From the IMG/VR virus record IMGVR_UViG_3300042542_006078: a stretch of 64,000 nt of DNA, one strand, 5' to 3'. This document shows, one piece after another, positions 36,621 to 46,912 of the stretch. This stretch comes from a virus. Lineage: Duplodnaviria; Caudoviricetes. Position numbers and translations under genes: made by a program. The notes beneath the pieces were generated by a model that saw nothing but the letters and a program-made list of their open reading frames with translations, searched no databases and had not been told where the DNA came from. Numbering within the stretch: the stretch's first letter is position 1; each line of letters starts with the position of its first letter.

Positions 36621-36628
36621 TATAAATA
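36621..36628 (+). promoter_or_regulatory. T4-type late promoter TATAAATA
   Basis: Exact T4 late consensus upstream of a structural-type gene. Confidence 0.6.
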
Positions 36629-36670
36629 AAATATCATTTGTGGGAGCGCAATTAAATTGTGTTGAATATT

Positions 36671-38242
36671 ATGAACCAGCAATCTCTTATCAATTTTCCA
36701 AATGGCCTTCCAAACAATGGCCTTCCACTTCCTGTTGGAATTGTTTCTGGAAACATTTCTGTTTCATCAGGCAATATTTCACTCTACACAGCAAGCGGCG
36801 CTGTAAGCCAAGGAAATCCACTCCCTGTTGATATTGGCGGCGGTACAGTTAACATCAATGTTAATTCAGGCACAAATCTTAATGTTTCTGTTACATCAGG
36901 TCTGTTTGCAATTTTATCAGGTAGGGTAAGCGTTTCATCTGGTAACACTTCGATTTACACAGCAAGTGGCACAGTTAGTCAATTAAATCCATTCCCTGTT
37001 TCAATTTCATCAGGAGCATTTTCTAACAATACTATTCCAGTTAGTTTTGCAGCAGGAACCACAGATGCATTTGGAAGACTTAGGGTAAGTAATCCCTTCA
37101 CCGTTTTTGACAGTCAGCATCGTTATCAGATCAATGACAAATGGAATTATGTCACAAGTGGAGGCGGTTCAACTGTTTATGACACCAATGGCAGTCTTGT
37201 CAATTTGAATACTAACTTGGCATCAGGATCTCAAGTAATTGCTGAAACCAAAAGAGTAATGCCTTATCAGCCCGGTAAATCACTTCTTATTTATAGCACA
37301 TTTACGATGTCATCTGCACAAGAAAGCTTGAGACAAAGAATAGGTTATTTTGGCGAACAGAATGGAATTTATTTTGAATTAGATGGGGAATCAGTAAATT
37401 TTGTGAAAAGAAGTTATGTATCTGGTTCTGTTGTCGAAACAAAAGCAACAAGAAATGGGATTTCAGACTGGAATATAGACAACTTGGATGGAACTGGACC
37501 TAGTGGCTACAACTTGTCAAATTACAGCAGTTCTTTGATTTTATATATTGAAATAGAATGGCTTGGAGTTGGTGATGTTCGTGTTGGTTTTGTATTTAAT
37601 AACACATATGTACCATGTCATTCTTTTAAGCATACTCCTGTTGGTGGAAGTCCTATAAGCGGAACATATATGACAACCGCTTGTTTGCCATTAAGGGCTG
37701 AAATTACAAATAAAGGACCAATTGCTAATTCTGGTAATCTAAAACAAATTTGCAATAGTGTTATTTCAGAAGGTGGATACGAAGGATTTAGCAGAAGATA
37801 TAATGTAGATTTAGGAACAACCCCTAAAAATCTTGCAAATGATGATGAGTTATATCCAATTATTTCTTTGCGTCTCGCTTCAGGAAGATTAGATTCAATT
37901 ATTGTTCCTTCAAATTTGAATGCAATTGTGACAAGCAATCAAGATGTTCAATATAGAATTATTTTGGACGGCACCACTAGTGGCGCAGTTTGGACTACAC
38001 ATTATAATGGCAATGTTCAATATGATACTTCAGCTACATCATTGGCAAGTGGAAGTGGAACAAATGTCATTGGCGGATATATCAACAAGCAAGGATATAT
38101 TGATATTACCAGCCTGAATCAATTTAACTTTCAAATAGGAAGATTACTAGATGGAACAAGTCAAGTGTTGACAATTGCTATGGCTCCTACATCAGCAAAC
38201 ACGAAAGTTTTAGCTGATTTATCATGGTTTGAAATTATTTGA
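36671..38242 (+). CDS. virion structural protein (tail/fibre-associated)
   Basis: S/G/N/V-rich N-terminal repeats, then DAFGRLRVSNPFTVFDSQ and YQPGKS typical of T4-like virion proteins. Confidence 0.65.
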   Translation: MNQQSLINFPNGLPNNGLPLPVGIVSGNISVSSGNISLYTASGAVSQGNPLPVDIGGGTVNINVNSGTNLNVSVTSGLFAILSGRVSVSSGNTSIYTASGTVSQLNPFPVSISSGAFSNNTIPVSFAAGTTDAFGRLRVSNPFTVFDSQHRYQINDKWNYVTSGGGSTVYDTNGSLVNLNTNLASGSQVIAETKRVMPYQPGKSLLIYSTFTMSSAQESLRQRIGYFGEQNGIYFELDGESVNFVKRSYVSGSVVETKATRNGISDWNIDNLDGTGPSGYNLSNYSSSLILYIEIEWLGVGDVRVGFVFNNTYVPCHSFKHTPVGGSPISGTYMTTACLPLRAEITNKGPIANSGNLKQICNSVISEGGYEGFSRRYNVDLGTTPKNLANDDELYPIISLRLASGRLDSIIVPSNLNAIVTSNQDVQYRIILDGTTSGAVWTTHYNGNVQYDTSATSLASGSGTNVIGGYINKQGYIDITSLNQFNFQIGRLLDGTSQVLTIAMAPTSANTKVLADLSWFEII

Positions 38243-38254
38243 TAATTTGGTAAA

Positions 38255-38288
38255 AAAACCACTCAAATAAAAATATTTGAGTGGTTTT
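38255..38288. terminator. bidirectional intrinsic terminator
   Basis: 15-bp stem AAAACCACTCAAATA/TATTTGAGTGGTTTT between convergent genes. Confidence 0.85.
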
Positions 38289-38307
38289 ACTGTAAAAATA
38301 AATTTTT

Positions 38308-39258
38308 TTAGGCTATTACAGATGTGTCAACACTCTTCCATGCACCGCCAACATAGACCTCTATGTTGCTTGTGGCTGTGTTGTAGCAAATCATACCGTT
38401 GGTTGCAGTGCCAGCAGCAGCATCTCTTGCGGTAGCATTAGCATAGACTGGCATGACTGGCATACTTTGGATATAAATGTGACCATTTCTACCAGCACCA
38501 GAATTAGTGCCACAAGAAAGAAACATATCACCAGCACGATCTGTGCCAACACTATTACCAGTAGTAATTTCGATATCGCCACCACGACCATCTACTGTAC
38601 CAACGCCAGCTTCGATAAAGATGTCTCCGCCATTCACATCCATAGTAGCGGTTGAATTACCAGCATATATGCCTATGTCGCCTGCTTCTGGATCAGTTTC
38701 GCCGCTGCTGCCATCTCCATTACCGCTATCGCCAGCACGAATAGTTACACCACCAGCTTGACCATCATCGCCAGCATCGCCAGCTTCTAATAAAATACTA
38801 CCACCATCGCTGTCGCCAATGCCAGTAGATGCACTACCGCCATAGATATTTACATCGCCAGCATCGCTATTGTTTGCGCTGTCAGCATTGCCACCTCTAA
38901 TCGTTACACTTCCAGCGTCTGCATCTGGGCCATCTCCAGTATTGCCAGCTTCGATGTTGATGTTTCCGCCATTTCCGTCTCCATTTGCATTACCAGCATA
39001 AATATTTACATTGCCACCATCAGCATCAGTATTATCATCAGCACTTGGGTATCCTGCTCCAGTTTCGATTGTAATGTTTGCTGCATCAACGGAATTTACT
39101 GTTCCGTTTGCGGTAGAAATAATTATTTCCCTATTCAAATTTTCAAAAATTTGACTGACATCGACCAAGTTTTCTTGTTTTACAACATCATTCACGATTT
39201 TTGGAATGATGTCTACTGCCGATCCCGGTCCTGTGCCCTCAGTTGTTTGTGCGCCCAT
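38308..39258 (-). CDS. Gly/Asp-rich repetitive fibre-like protein
   Basis: Repeated GGxVxIxAG units; C-terminal GMICYNTATSNIEVYVGGAW; GAGGAG SD; TAAATA at 39294-39299. Confidence 0.7.
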   Translation of the reverse strand: MGAQTTEGTGPGSAVDIIPKIVNDVVKQENLVDVSQIFENLNREIIISTANGTVNSVDAANITIETGAGYPSADDNTDADGGNVNIYAGNANGDGNGGNINIEAGNTGDGPDADAGSVTIRGGNADSANNSDAGDVNIYGGSASTGIGDSDGGSILLEAGDAGDDGQAGGVTIRAGDSGNGDGSSGETDPEAGDIGIYAGNSTATMDVNGGDIFIEAGVGTVDGRGGDIEITTGNSVGTDRAGDMFLSCGTNSGAGRNGHIYIQSMPVMPVYANATARDAAAGTATNGMICYNTATSNIEVYVGGAWKSVDTSVIA

Positions 39259-39340
39259 GTTTTCTCCTCAATAAAATAAAACTATTGTCTTTATATTTAT
39301 TATTTTGAAAAAATAAATTATAAGACATCTAAATAAAATC

Positions 39341-40072
39341 ATGGCAAAACCAAGAAAAAAACCTGTCAAGACAGAAAAACAACCTCAAAACAATCAACAC
39401 GCAAGTGTTAAAAAACAACAATTTCATGTTGAGTTTTTGAATGCTGCTCAAAAATTAGCTTGGTCGGCATTTGACCAACATGATATTTTGTTTTTATTGG
39501 GTGCAGCAGGCACGGGGAAATCGCACCTCGGTTGCGCTTTTGCAATTAGTGAAGTTTTAGCAAAAAGAAAAGAAAAAATTGTTATCACAAGACCAACTAT
39601 TGAAGCTGGGGGAAGAGGTCTTGGGTTCCTTCCCGGCGATGCCGATGCTAAATTAACTCCTTATATGCTTCCTCTTTTTGATTGCATGGATATGTGTTTG
39701 GGAACATTTTCCCCTCAGCGTGAAGCAATTGCGAAGAGCGTGGAAATTGCACCTTTACAGTTCATGAGAGGCAGAACATTTCATAATTCTGTTTGCATTC
39801 TTGATGAAGCTCAGAACTGTAATTATGGCGAAATTAAATTATTTTTGACAAGATTCGGAAAGAACAGCAAAGTAATTATCACAGGCGACCCTCTGCAAAG
39901 CGACTTGCCTTGGAAAGATAGAGCTTTGATGAATGTTGTTGAAAAGTTGTCTGGTCTTAAGGGTGTTGGTGTCATTCAATTCAAACCTAGTTCAATTGTT
40001 CGCCATCCATTGATTGCTGGTATTCTTGAAAGGTTGGAGGATAAGGAGGAGAATGGCTCTAGTAGTACCTGA
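39341..40072 (+). CDS. phoH: PhoH-like ATPase
   Basis: GAAGTGKS, ITRP.IE, LGFLPGD, APLQFMRGRTF, ILDEAQN, GDPLQSD. Confidence 0.95.
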   Translation: MAKPRKKPVKTEKQPQNNQHASVKKQQFHVEFLNAAQKLAWSAFDQHDILFLLGAAGTGKSHLGCAFAISEVLAKRKEKIVITRPTIEAGGRGLGFLPGDADAKLTPYMLPLFDCMDMCLGTFSPQREAIAKSVEIAPLQFMRGRTFHNSVCILDEAQNCNYGEIKLFLTRFGKNSKVIITGDPLQSDLPWKDRALMNVVEKLSGLKGVGVIQFKPSSIVRHPLIAGILERLEDKEENGSSST

Positions 40073-40463
40073 TCTTGGTGAAATTGAACTTCTGACCAAG
40101 TTGCTCATTAACACAACTGACACAGAAGACTATATTGTAAGATTGTATCAGAATAATTATAGCCCAAGCAATACCACCGTTGTTGGTGATTTTACCGAAG
40201 CCAACTTTACCAATTACACAGCTAAAACTATTGCAAGAAGTGATTGGGCATCTCCTTCAACTTTTGCCACCAAAGCCGAATCGAGTGTTACTGCTCAATC
40301 TTGGACTTGTGGCATTACTGGTAATACATTATATGGATATTATGTAATTGGCTCGACATCGGGAGTATGTTTGTGGGCAGAACAATTCGCTGCTTCTAGG
40401 ATTTTAGTTGACGGAGACATTCTTAATCTTACTCCAAAATTTACTCTTTCAAGCGCAAACTAA
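40053..40463 (+). CDS. virion structural protein (beta-rich)
   Basis: AGGAGG SD; MALVVPDLGEIELL..YIVRLYQNNYSP..YGYYV..LWAEQF. Confidence 0.55.
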   Translation: MALVVPDLGEIELLTKLLINTTDTEDYIVRLYQNNYSPSNTTVVGDFTEANFTNYTAKTIARSDWASPSTFATKAESSVTAQSWTCGITGNTLYGYYVIGSTSGVCLWAEQFAASRILVDGDILNLTPKFTLSSAN

Positions 40464-40494
40464 TTCTTTTGCTGTTGCGTGGTAAATAATTTAT

Positions 40495-41892
40495 ATGACC
40501 GTATACAATGACACCATGAATGACGGTGTGGAGATAAATGGCTCCGCATTAGTAATAGCAAAAGTCAATGTTGACATTGATTTTTATTGGTCAGTAAACA
40601 ATACAATAGAAGTTGATTTAAGTTTTGAGTGGTCAATTGGAGAAATACCTCTTTACTGGTATGTGATTGAAGGATATTTGAATCCTCCAGATGCCACTCA
40701 AGCTTTGGCGATAACAGTTCCAGAAAAACAAAACTTCATTCAAACAATACTTGCAAGAACTCCGAAGGAAGTTTGTGAGTATTTTGAAAGAGAAAAGTTA
40801 CCTTGGCAAATTGTCAATATAAAGCGTTATAGACAGCCAGCAGACATTTATCTTAATGATCCAAATGTTTACACTAATGTTCTTGATCTTTTGAATTTTC
40901 AATGTCCTCAATTTTTAGTAAGCACAAATGCTATTACTTACATAGGAATGTCCGCCTCTGCCATTCCGGTTATTGCAAATTATATTGGAAGCGGAATTGC
41001 TAGTTTTTCTGGTAGCGCCTCAGCCTCTATTACATCTGGCGGCACAACTCCGACATCATCTTCATTTTCATATGCGAGTACAGGTTTAGTTATTACAACA
41101 GGTGGATATGGATTATACGATTCATCTTTGCAGTTTGATTATTTGACTTATGCCGGAATAACCACTTATTTGGAACAAGAGGTTCTGTTCGGGTTGGGTT
41201 CAAGCACTGCGACTATTGTCCCAGCAGCCAACACTATCGCAACTGCATGTGGTGCGTGTACGGCATTTCCTTCTGAGCTTTATTTGCAAACAAACTTAGA
41301 AAATTCAAACATTTTCTCTAAATTTCTGCAAAGAAATAATTTAGAGTTTAGCAAAGTCATGTCAATTTTTTATAATAGGCGTTTGGAGTCTTGGCTGGCT
41401 TTTCAACATTTTGTTGGACTTTCTGATGACAACACCACTGATGAAACATGGAGGTTTCAATTTGAGTGGAGTTGCACAACTAATTTCGGTGACTCGACTG
41501 GATTTCCAATGCTTAAGTTTTCCATGCTTGTTACAAGGAAAAATTTGGAAACAGGACTTAGTATGGATACAAGATTAGCAATTATTTTTACAACAGATTC
41601 AGTTTGTTCTGCAATCAGAAATTTCAAACAAGATTTATTATTTGATTTGAACACTAAAACTAAATATGTCACAAGCATAATAGGAGTTGTGGCCAGCAAT
41701 GTTTTATTGTCTGATAAAATAGGAATATTCGGTTCAACATATTGGCAATCAAAACCAACTTTAAGCGTCAGAATTTCAAGTCAAAACACAACTATTACTA
41801 CAGAAATGCAAGATATTTCTTTCATAGTTCCTCAGAATCCATCTGTATTTCAAGATCAGACTCTTTTCCAGAGATCGGATACTAATGTATAA
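40495..41892 (+). CDS. putative virion structural protein
   Basis: 465 aa, S/T-rich; TAAATA 6 nt upstream. Confidence 0.55.
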   Translation: MTVYNDTMNDGVEINGSALVIAKVNVDIDFYWSVNNTIEVDLSFEWSIGEIPLYWYVIEGYLNPPDATQALAITVPEKQNFIQTILARTPKEVCEYFEREKLPWQIVNIKRYRQPADIYLNDPNVYTNVLDLLNFQCPQFLVSTNAITYIGMSASAIPVIANYIGSGIASFSGSASASITSGGTTPTSSSFSYASTGLVITTGGYGLYDSSLQFDYLTYAGITTYLEQEVLFGLGSSTATIVPAANTIATACGACTAFPSELYLQTNLENSNIFSKFLQRNNLEFSKVMSIFYNRRLESWLAFQHFVGLSDDNTTDETWRFQFEWSCTTNFGDSTGFPMLKFSMLVTRKNLETGLSMDTRLAIIFTTDSVCSAIRNFKQDLLFDLNTKTKYVTSIIGVVASNVLLSDKIGIFGSTYWQSKPTLSVRISSQNTTITTEMQDISFIVPQNPSVFQDQTLFQRSDTNV

Positions 41893-41899
41893 TTGAATT

Positions 41900-42205
41900 A
41901 TGGAAAACATTCTTTTGAGCATTGTGATCTTTTTATTGATTGTTAATTTGACACTTTATTTTTTCCTTTCCGTTTACATTGTCAGAATGAATAACAGGTT
42001 TGATTCTTTGATATCAGAACTTATACAGTTGATATCATTAAATGATTCGGAGCCTGTTGTTCCTCCTGATCCTGCCAGCAAGCCTAAAACTTGGGATGAG
42101 AAATACGAGATGGAAATTGAAATGATGACAAGAAGAATGAGGCAAGATTCTGGTCTTGCTGACATACCAACTGTTAGAAGTTACGATTTGTCATCGGAAA
42201 ATTAA
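41900..42205 (+). CDS. single-pass membrane protein
   Basis: N-terminal hydrophobic helix. Confidence 0.6.
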   Translation: MENILLSIVIFLLIVNLTLYFFLSVYIVRMNNRFDSLISELIQLISLNDSEPVVPPDPASKPKTWDEKYEMEIEMMTRRMRQDSGLADIPTVRSYDLSSEN

Positions 42206-42281
42206 ATTGAAAAAAACTTTGTTGCTTATTTTGCAAAAATTTGGTAAAAGGTGATGAGGCGTTAGTTTTTACGAATTGGCT

Positions 42282-42296
42282 CGTCACTAGGTGACG
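42282..42296 (+). promoter_or_regulatory. CGTC-N7-GACG hairpin abutting a start codon
   Basis: CGTCACTAGGTGACG ends 1 nt before ATG 42298; near-identical to the core of the 6102 hairpin (CGTCATCTAGGTGACG). Confidence 0.45.
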
Positions 42297-42297
42297 C

Positions 42298-43299
42298 ATG
42301 GAAACACTCAAAATTAAGTATGTCAATTTTTCTAGCATGAGGAGATTCGGCGTTGAAATAGAAGTTGGCCATGAAGTGAAGAAGAAAGATGTTCACTTGG
42401 CAATAAAGTCTTCTTCTCAACACGATGTCTATACAAGCCGATATGGATTGTCGAGCAATAACAGGTATTGGCATGTAAAAGATGATGCTACTTGTGGAAT
42501 CAAGGGAAGAAAAGGCCCCAAGGGTGTCGAGATAGCTTCTTTTGTAGGACACGGAAATCAAGACATCGATCATATTTCGCAAATTGCTGGAATTCTTTCT
42601 CAAATAGGATGCAAAACGAATGATAATTGCGGTCTTCACATTCATGCCGAGGCTGTTGATTTTACGATAGAGCAATGCAGTATATTGGTTGCTTACTGGG
42701 TTAAGATAGAAAAAATTCTCAGTATGGCTTTGCCAATTAGAAGAAATAGAAGCGAATATTGCAAATTCACTTTTCCTCATGATGCTTCTTTTGATTTCAA
42801 ATTGTGCAGAGAGACAAAATATTCAGCCGATTTGTTTTGGCAAATAATTTCTCCCAAGAATTTGGGTTTTTTTGATAATGAAGACAGAAGGTTCAATTTG
42901 AATCTTGTTAATTTTGTTCGATCAATTAGAGATCAGAATTTACATAGAAAAACAATTGAGCTTAGATGGCCTGAAGGTTCTCTTGATCCAATAGACATTA
43001 GTTGTTGGACTAGGTTGTTTTTGTCATTTGTTGAAAATTGCAAGTTTATGATCATGCCAAATAATTTGGAGGATCTTTCTTTGCAGCAAACATTGTGTTG
43101 TTTTGGTCTTGAAAATTTACAATCATTTACGATTTTCAGTAGGAATATGCATGAAACTAAGACTTGGTTTCTTGAAAGGATAATCAAGCATGAATCGGAT
43201 TCTGTTGAATTTTACAATGATGAAAAAATTCGCAATACGGTAATAGAAGCTAAAGAAATACTGAATAAAATGTGGTCGCCCTTGAGGAGATATGCTTGA
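42298..43299 (+). CDS. putative amidoligase (COOH-NH2 ligase-type 2)
   Basis: RRFGVEIE, WHVKDD.T, GVEIAS, CGLHIH, TIELR..GSLD. Confidence 0.8.
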   Translation: METLKIKYVNFSSMRRFGVEIEVGHEVKKKDVHLAIKSSSQHDVYTSRYGLSSNNRYWHVKDDATCGIKGRKGPKGVEIASFVGHGNQDIDHISQIAGILSQIGCKTNDNCGLHIHAEAVDFTIEQCSILVAYWVKIEKILSMALPIRRNRSEYCKFTFPHDASFDFKLCRETKYSADLFWQIISPKNLGFFDNEDRRFNLNLVNFVRSIRDQNLHRKTIELRWPEGSLDPIDISCWTRLFLSFVENCKFMIMPNNLEDLSLQQTLCCFGLENLQSFTIFSRNMHETKTWFLERIIKHESDSVEFYNDEKIRNTVIEAKEILNKMWSPLRRYA

Positions 43300-43392
43300 T
43301 TTTTACTCATGGTCGATATATAATCTTGATTAGAGCCTTTCTTCAAAAAAGGCGCAACTAACTGCTAACTTTCAAAACTTTCAAGGATTACT

Positions 43393-43935
43393 ATGACTAA
43401 ACATGAAATTAACGAACTTATTGTTCGTCACATTGATTTCTCTGAAAAAATAGCGAGATTGAATTGTAAAAAATATCCCGCAATAAGTTTTGACGAGCTT
43501 GTTTCTGCTGCTTACATGGGACTTGTAATTGCAGCAAATAAGTACAAATTAAATAGAAAAACTAAATTTACTACTTATGCATATTTGAAAATTAATTTTT
43601 CTATCAGGATTTACGCCAAAGAAAACTATCCTTCTAGATCTAGAGTGAAGCCTTTTTTACACGAACAAATAGACAGATCGATGATGGAAAGTATTCCTTG
43701 TAAAAATAAAAATTCAGATGAAAGCGAGATAGTCGAGGCTTTGACTCAGGGCTTGAATCAAAAAGAAAAAGAGATTTTTCTGGATTACTATCTTAATGGC
43801 AAAAGACTATCAGAAATAGCTGTCGAAAAAATGGTTGATAAATCAAGGATATCTCGAATATTTGAGGATATAAATAAAAAGCTTGCATTAAAATGGGAAT
43901 ACAGGAAATTTGAATTATATTCTATGATATCCTAA
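43393..43935 (+). CDS. sigma-70 family sigma factor (short, regions 2 and 4)
   Basis: DELVSAAYMGLVIAANKY..KFTTYAY (region 2); LNQKEKEIF..Y..GKRLSEIA..SRISRI (region 4 HTH). Confidence 0.85.
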   Translation: MTKHEINELIVRHIDFSEKIARLNCKKYPAISFDELVSAAYMGLVIAANKYKLNRKTKFTTYAYLKINFSIRIYAKENYPSRSRVKPFLHEQIDRSMMESIPCKNKNSDESEIVEALTQGLNQKEKEIFLDYYLNGKRLSEIAVEKMVDKSRISRIFEDINKKLALKWEYRKFELYSMIS

Positions 43936-43962
43936 ATAAAGTGAACCCATGATTGGTGAAAT

Positions 43963-44820
43963 ATGATCAAAACTCTTATTTTTGTTTTTATGACAACTTG
44001 CTCCTTACTAGATCAGGAAAATATTTCTCAAACACCACCATCTGAAGTCAGTGCCCCATTGATGGAATGGAACAGGTATGTTGGCAAAAATTTCACCATT
44101 ATGAGCATCGACAACGAGAAAGGCAAGGAGCTTGTTGATGATCTTGAGAATCTGAAAAAATCAGCCTTAACGAGATGGGGATTTCCTGATGTCAAGTTCA
44201 CAAAGGAATGCAGAGTATTTGTTGTTCCAGATTATGATTTGCTCAAAAAATTATTTAATCTAAATGTCGGCAAGGTTCAATTAAGGAAAGAATTGAATGT
44301 TATATGGTGTGTTGGGGATGACAAGCCAAATAAGTCAATTTTTCCTTATTTGACACAAGTTTGTCTTTATGAATATGAAACAGTTGAGTCAACAACTCTG
44401 CCAGTTTGGTTCAAAAGGGGTTGTATCACACTCAGTACAAGTGTTCCAGATGTGCGTGAAACATTGAAACCTTTCAATGAAATAGCAAGAAAAGAGCAAT
44501 TCAATCATTCAGCAGAACAAATGTTCACATTTACAGAGGAAGATTATAATAAGCAGACAACTGAAAACAAGAAGGTTTTTGATCAACAGGCTGCACTTCT
44601 TTGCTTGATGTTGAGAAAAGAGTTCGGCCAATTTAAGTTGCAGGGATTTCTGAGATTGCAAGCTAGAAATAAGCCGGAAGATGTTTTACAATTAGTTTAT
44701 GGATTCAAAAGTTTTTCTCAGTTTGATAAGCAATATGTTCGATTTATGAAAGAATTGTGTGCTGATATTGCTGACGATCATACACCAGATTCATATTTGG
44801 AAATTAAAAATAGTTTTTGA
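43963..44820 (+). CDS. hypothetical exported protein
   Basis: N-terminal hydrophobic signal; 285 aa. Confidence 0.6.
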   Translation: MIKTLIFVFMTTCSLLDQENISQTPPSEVSAPLMEWNRYVGKNFTIMSIDNEKGKELVDDLENLKKSALTRWGFPDVKFTKECRVFVVPDYDLLKKLFNLNVGKVQLRKELNVIWCVGDDKPNKSIFPYLTQVCLYEYETVESTTLPVWFKRGCITLSTSVPDVRETLKPFNEIARKEQFNHSAEQMFTFTEEDYNKQTTENKKVFDQQAALLCLMLRKEFGQFKLQGFLRLQARNKPEDVLQLVYGFKSFSQFDKQYVRFMKELCADIADDHTPDSYLEIKNSF

Positions 44821-44830
44821 GGATTCCCCT

Positions 44831-45130
44831 ATGATTTATCTCATGTCTTGGATTATTTTTGGCTTGATGGTTGGCTATATTGCTAAGGTTTTTCACCCCG
44901 GTGAGGAACCAGTTGGTTATTTGCCGACAATTGGAATTGGCGTTGGAGGGACATTTATTGGCGGGGCCATAAATTATCTACTTGGATATGGAGGAAGTCC
45001 ATTTCAAGCTTCTGGTTTTGTGATGTCAATTCTAGGCGGCGTAATATGCTGCGCCTCTTGGAGGTATTATAAACTGAAGACCGAACAGAGTGGACCTAAG
45101 TCTTTTTTAAGTGGAAAGAAAGTTGGTTAA
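44831..45130 (+). CDS. GlsB/YeaQ/YmgE (transglycosylase-associated) membrane protein
   Basis: WIIFGLMVGYIAK..PG...TIGIGVGGTFIGG...SILGGVI. Confidence 0.85.
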   Translation: MIYLMSWIIFGLMVGYIAKVFHPGEEPVGYLPTIGIGVGGTFIGGAINYLLGYGGSPFQASGFVMSILGGVICCASWRYYKLKTEQSGPKSFLSGKKVG

Positions 45131-45184
45131 TTGACTGTCAATTGATACAATTAATCCATGCAAGAAGGCGATGGGTAATAGATC

Positions 45185-45424
45185 ATGCTAGATAAAACTG
45201 TTGTAGAAGCTCTTAAAAAAACATATTCTAATTTGCACCCTCTGCTTTTTTACAGATCAACAGAGAAAGCAAAGAGTAATGGTGATCTTTTCGATATCGT
45301 TGATACGGTGCCGCACAAGTATCCTCTTATGTGGAACGAAAAGGAAAATAGGTGGTCAAATGTCGCTGATCCTTATTTTGTGGAACAATTTCTAAGCGAC
45401 TTCAATCAGAAAAACACCACTTGA
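45185..45424 (+). CDS. hypothetical protein
   Basis: 79-aa ORF. Confidence 0.55.
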   Translation: MLDKTVVEALKKTYSNLHPLLFYRSTEKAKSNGDLFDIVDTVPHKYPLMWNEKENRWSNVADPYFVEQFLSDFNQKNTT

Positions 45425-45445
45425 TAAAGCGGTATCATTAAAATC

Positions 45446-46108
45446 ATGCGCTTATACGAAGAATATTTCAAAAGACATAAAATAAATGATGTGCCTCTGG
45501 TCCATCATGTCAATAATAGTTGCATTGTATTCAGAACTAAAGATTATAAAATTTGGTATGATTTATTGTCAATTGATACAATAGTCAGCAGTAATTTTAC
45601 TTTACCATCTGCTGGAATTCTAAATATAAAATGGATTTATAGTGATCATCATCCCGGTCACTATGAAGTTTCATTACATTGTCAAATACATGATGGCTAT
45701 CTCAATGATAAAATTTTTATGAACAAGATCATTTCAAACATTAAATGGCATGATTATGAAAGTTTTATACATTCTTGCATGAAAAATTTCATGAATGTTG
45801 ATTTAGTCAGGGATAAAGATGAAGCTTTCGTTTTATGCTGGGAAATGTTTGTGGCATCTTATGATAGCTGGTTCTCAAAACAAGGAGGAGAAATCAAGTA
45901 TATGCTTTTTCAAACCTTGGATGAAGAATTAGATACAGCCACAAGGATTGATTTCATAGCAGAAATTCTAAAAAAATTAGCTTATACTTCTCCCGGTGTG
46001 TTTCGCAATTGGAAATACGAAGTGTTAAATAAAGTGCAGTATTTTGCTGACTGGTTTCTAGAATTGATTGATAAAAATGCTAAAGAACTATTGCCCTGTA
46101 AGGATTAA
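45446..46108 (+). CDS. hypothetical protein
   Basis: 220-aa ORF. Confidence 0.6.
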   Translation: MRLYEEYFKRHKINDVPLVHHVNNSCIVFRTKDYKIWYDLLSIDTIVSSNFTLPSAGILNIKWIYSDHHPGHYEVSLHCQIHDGYLNDKIFMNKIISNIKWHDYESFIHSCMKNFMNVDLVRDKDEAFVLCWEMFVASYDSWFSKQGGEIKYMLFQTLDEELDTATRIDFIAEILKKLAYTSPGVFRNWKYEVLNKVQYFADWFLELIDKNAKELLPCKD

Positions 46109-46907
46109 AAATCCTGTTTCAAAAAACTCTTTAGTTCGTCTTCTGACGGACCAGAAAATGCATATTATTTTCTGTGGTCAACATTTTGCTGATTATAAAC
46201 TTGATGTGGTTGGCGATTATATCGAAGTAGAGGAAGTATCAGAGGTAGATGATGGATGGATGGCCTCTATATGTCAAAAAACCAATTTAATTGATTATCA
46301 CGACAGCACTCTTCTTCTTGGTGGAATTAATTTTTTTGATAACACCAACAATAAAATGGCATCTTTATGTGTTGTGAGTAGTAGCGACAACAATGATTAC
46401 CTGAGAGTGATAAATCCCATCAATTCTTTTTGCAATTTAAGCCCAGATCAAGTATTAGATGTTGTTTTTTATGGTAGCATAAATGATTGTTGGGCTGCAC
46501 ATCTATCATCGAAAGATTTGTGCCTTGAAATGATTCAAAGTTCAATCAAACCAACAAAACACATTTTGAAAAATGAAAAAACTCCATTGATGGAATATTT
46601 TTTTAGATTTAGATTCAATCGTAGCAGCATTGAGACTTTATCTAGTTTGCCATTTGCCAAGATGGATGGTGGATTTATACTTTTCTTAAATTCAAAGCAA
46701 CAAAGAAGTGTTTTGAAGGTCACATGTTGCTGGCGTGGAAAAAACTCAATTTACAAAGCTTTATTGCTACCAAAGATTCCGAGTCATAATTTTAATTTTT
46801 TTGGCAAGAAACAAAATAAACAATGTTTGCAATCTAAGGTTTCTTTTGAGAAAATTGAATCGAATTCATTGGATTATGGTTGCACAGTCCTTCTATCAAA
46901 GGTGTGA
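46068..46907 (+). CDS. hypothetical protein
   Basis: 279-aa ORF overlapping its neighbours. Confidence 0.55.
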   Translation: MIKMLKNYCPVRIKNPVSKNSLVRLLTDQKMHIIFCGQHFADYKLDVVGDYIEVEEVSEVDDGWMASICQKTNLIDYHDSTLLLGGINFFDNTNNKMASLCVVSSSDNNDYLRVINPINSFCNLSPDQVLDVVFYGSINDCWAAHLSSKDLCLEMIQSSIKPTKHILKNEKTPLMEYFFRFRFNRSSIETLSSLPFAKMDGGFILFLNSKQQRSVLKVTCCWRGKNSIYKALLLPKIPSHNFNFFGKKQNKQCLQSKVSFEKIESNSLDYGCTVLLSKV

Positions 46908-46912
46908 TAGGT

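Noticed and set aside
42262-42780. 172-aa minus-strand ORF and many other short antisense ORFs in the track
   Set aside because: They overlap well-supported genes on the opposite strand and lack motifs or SD.
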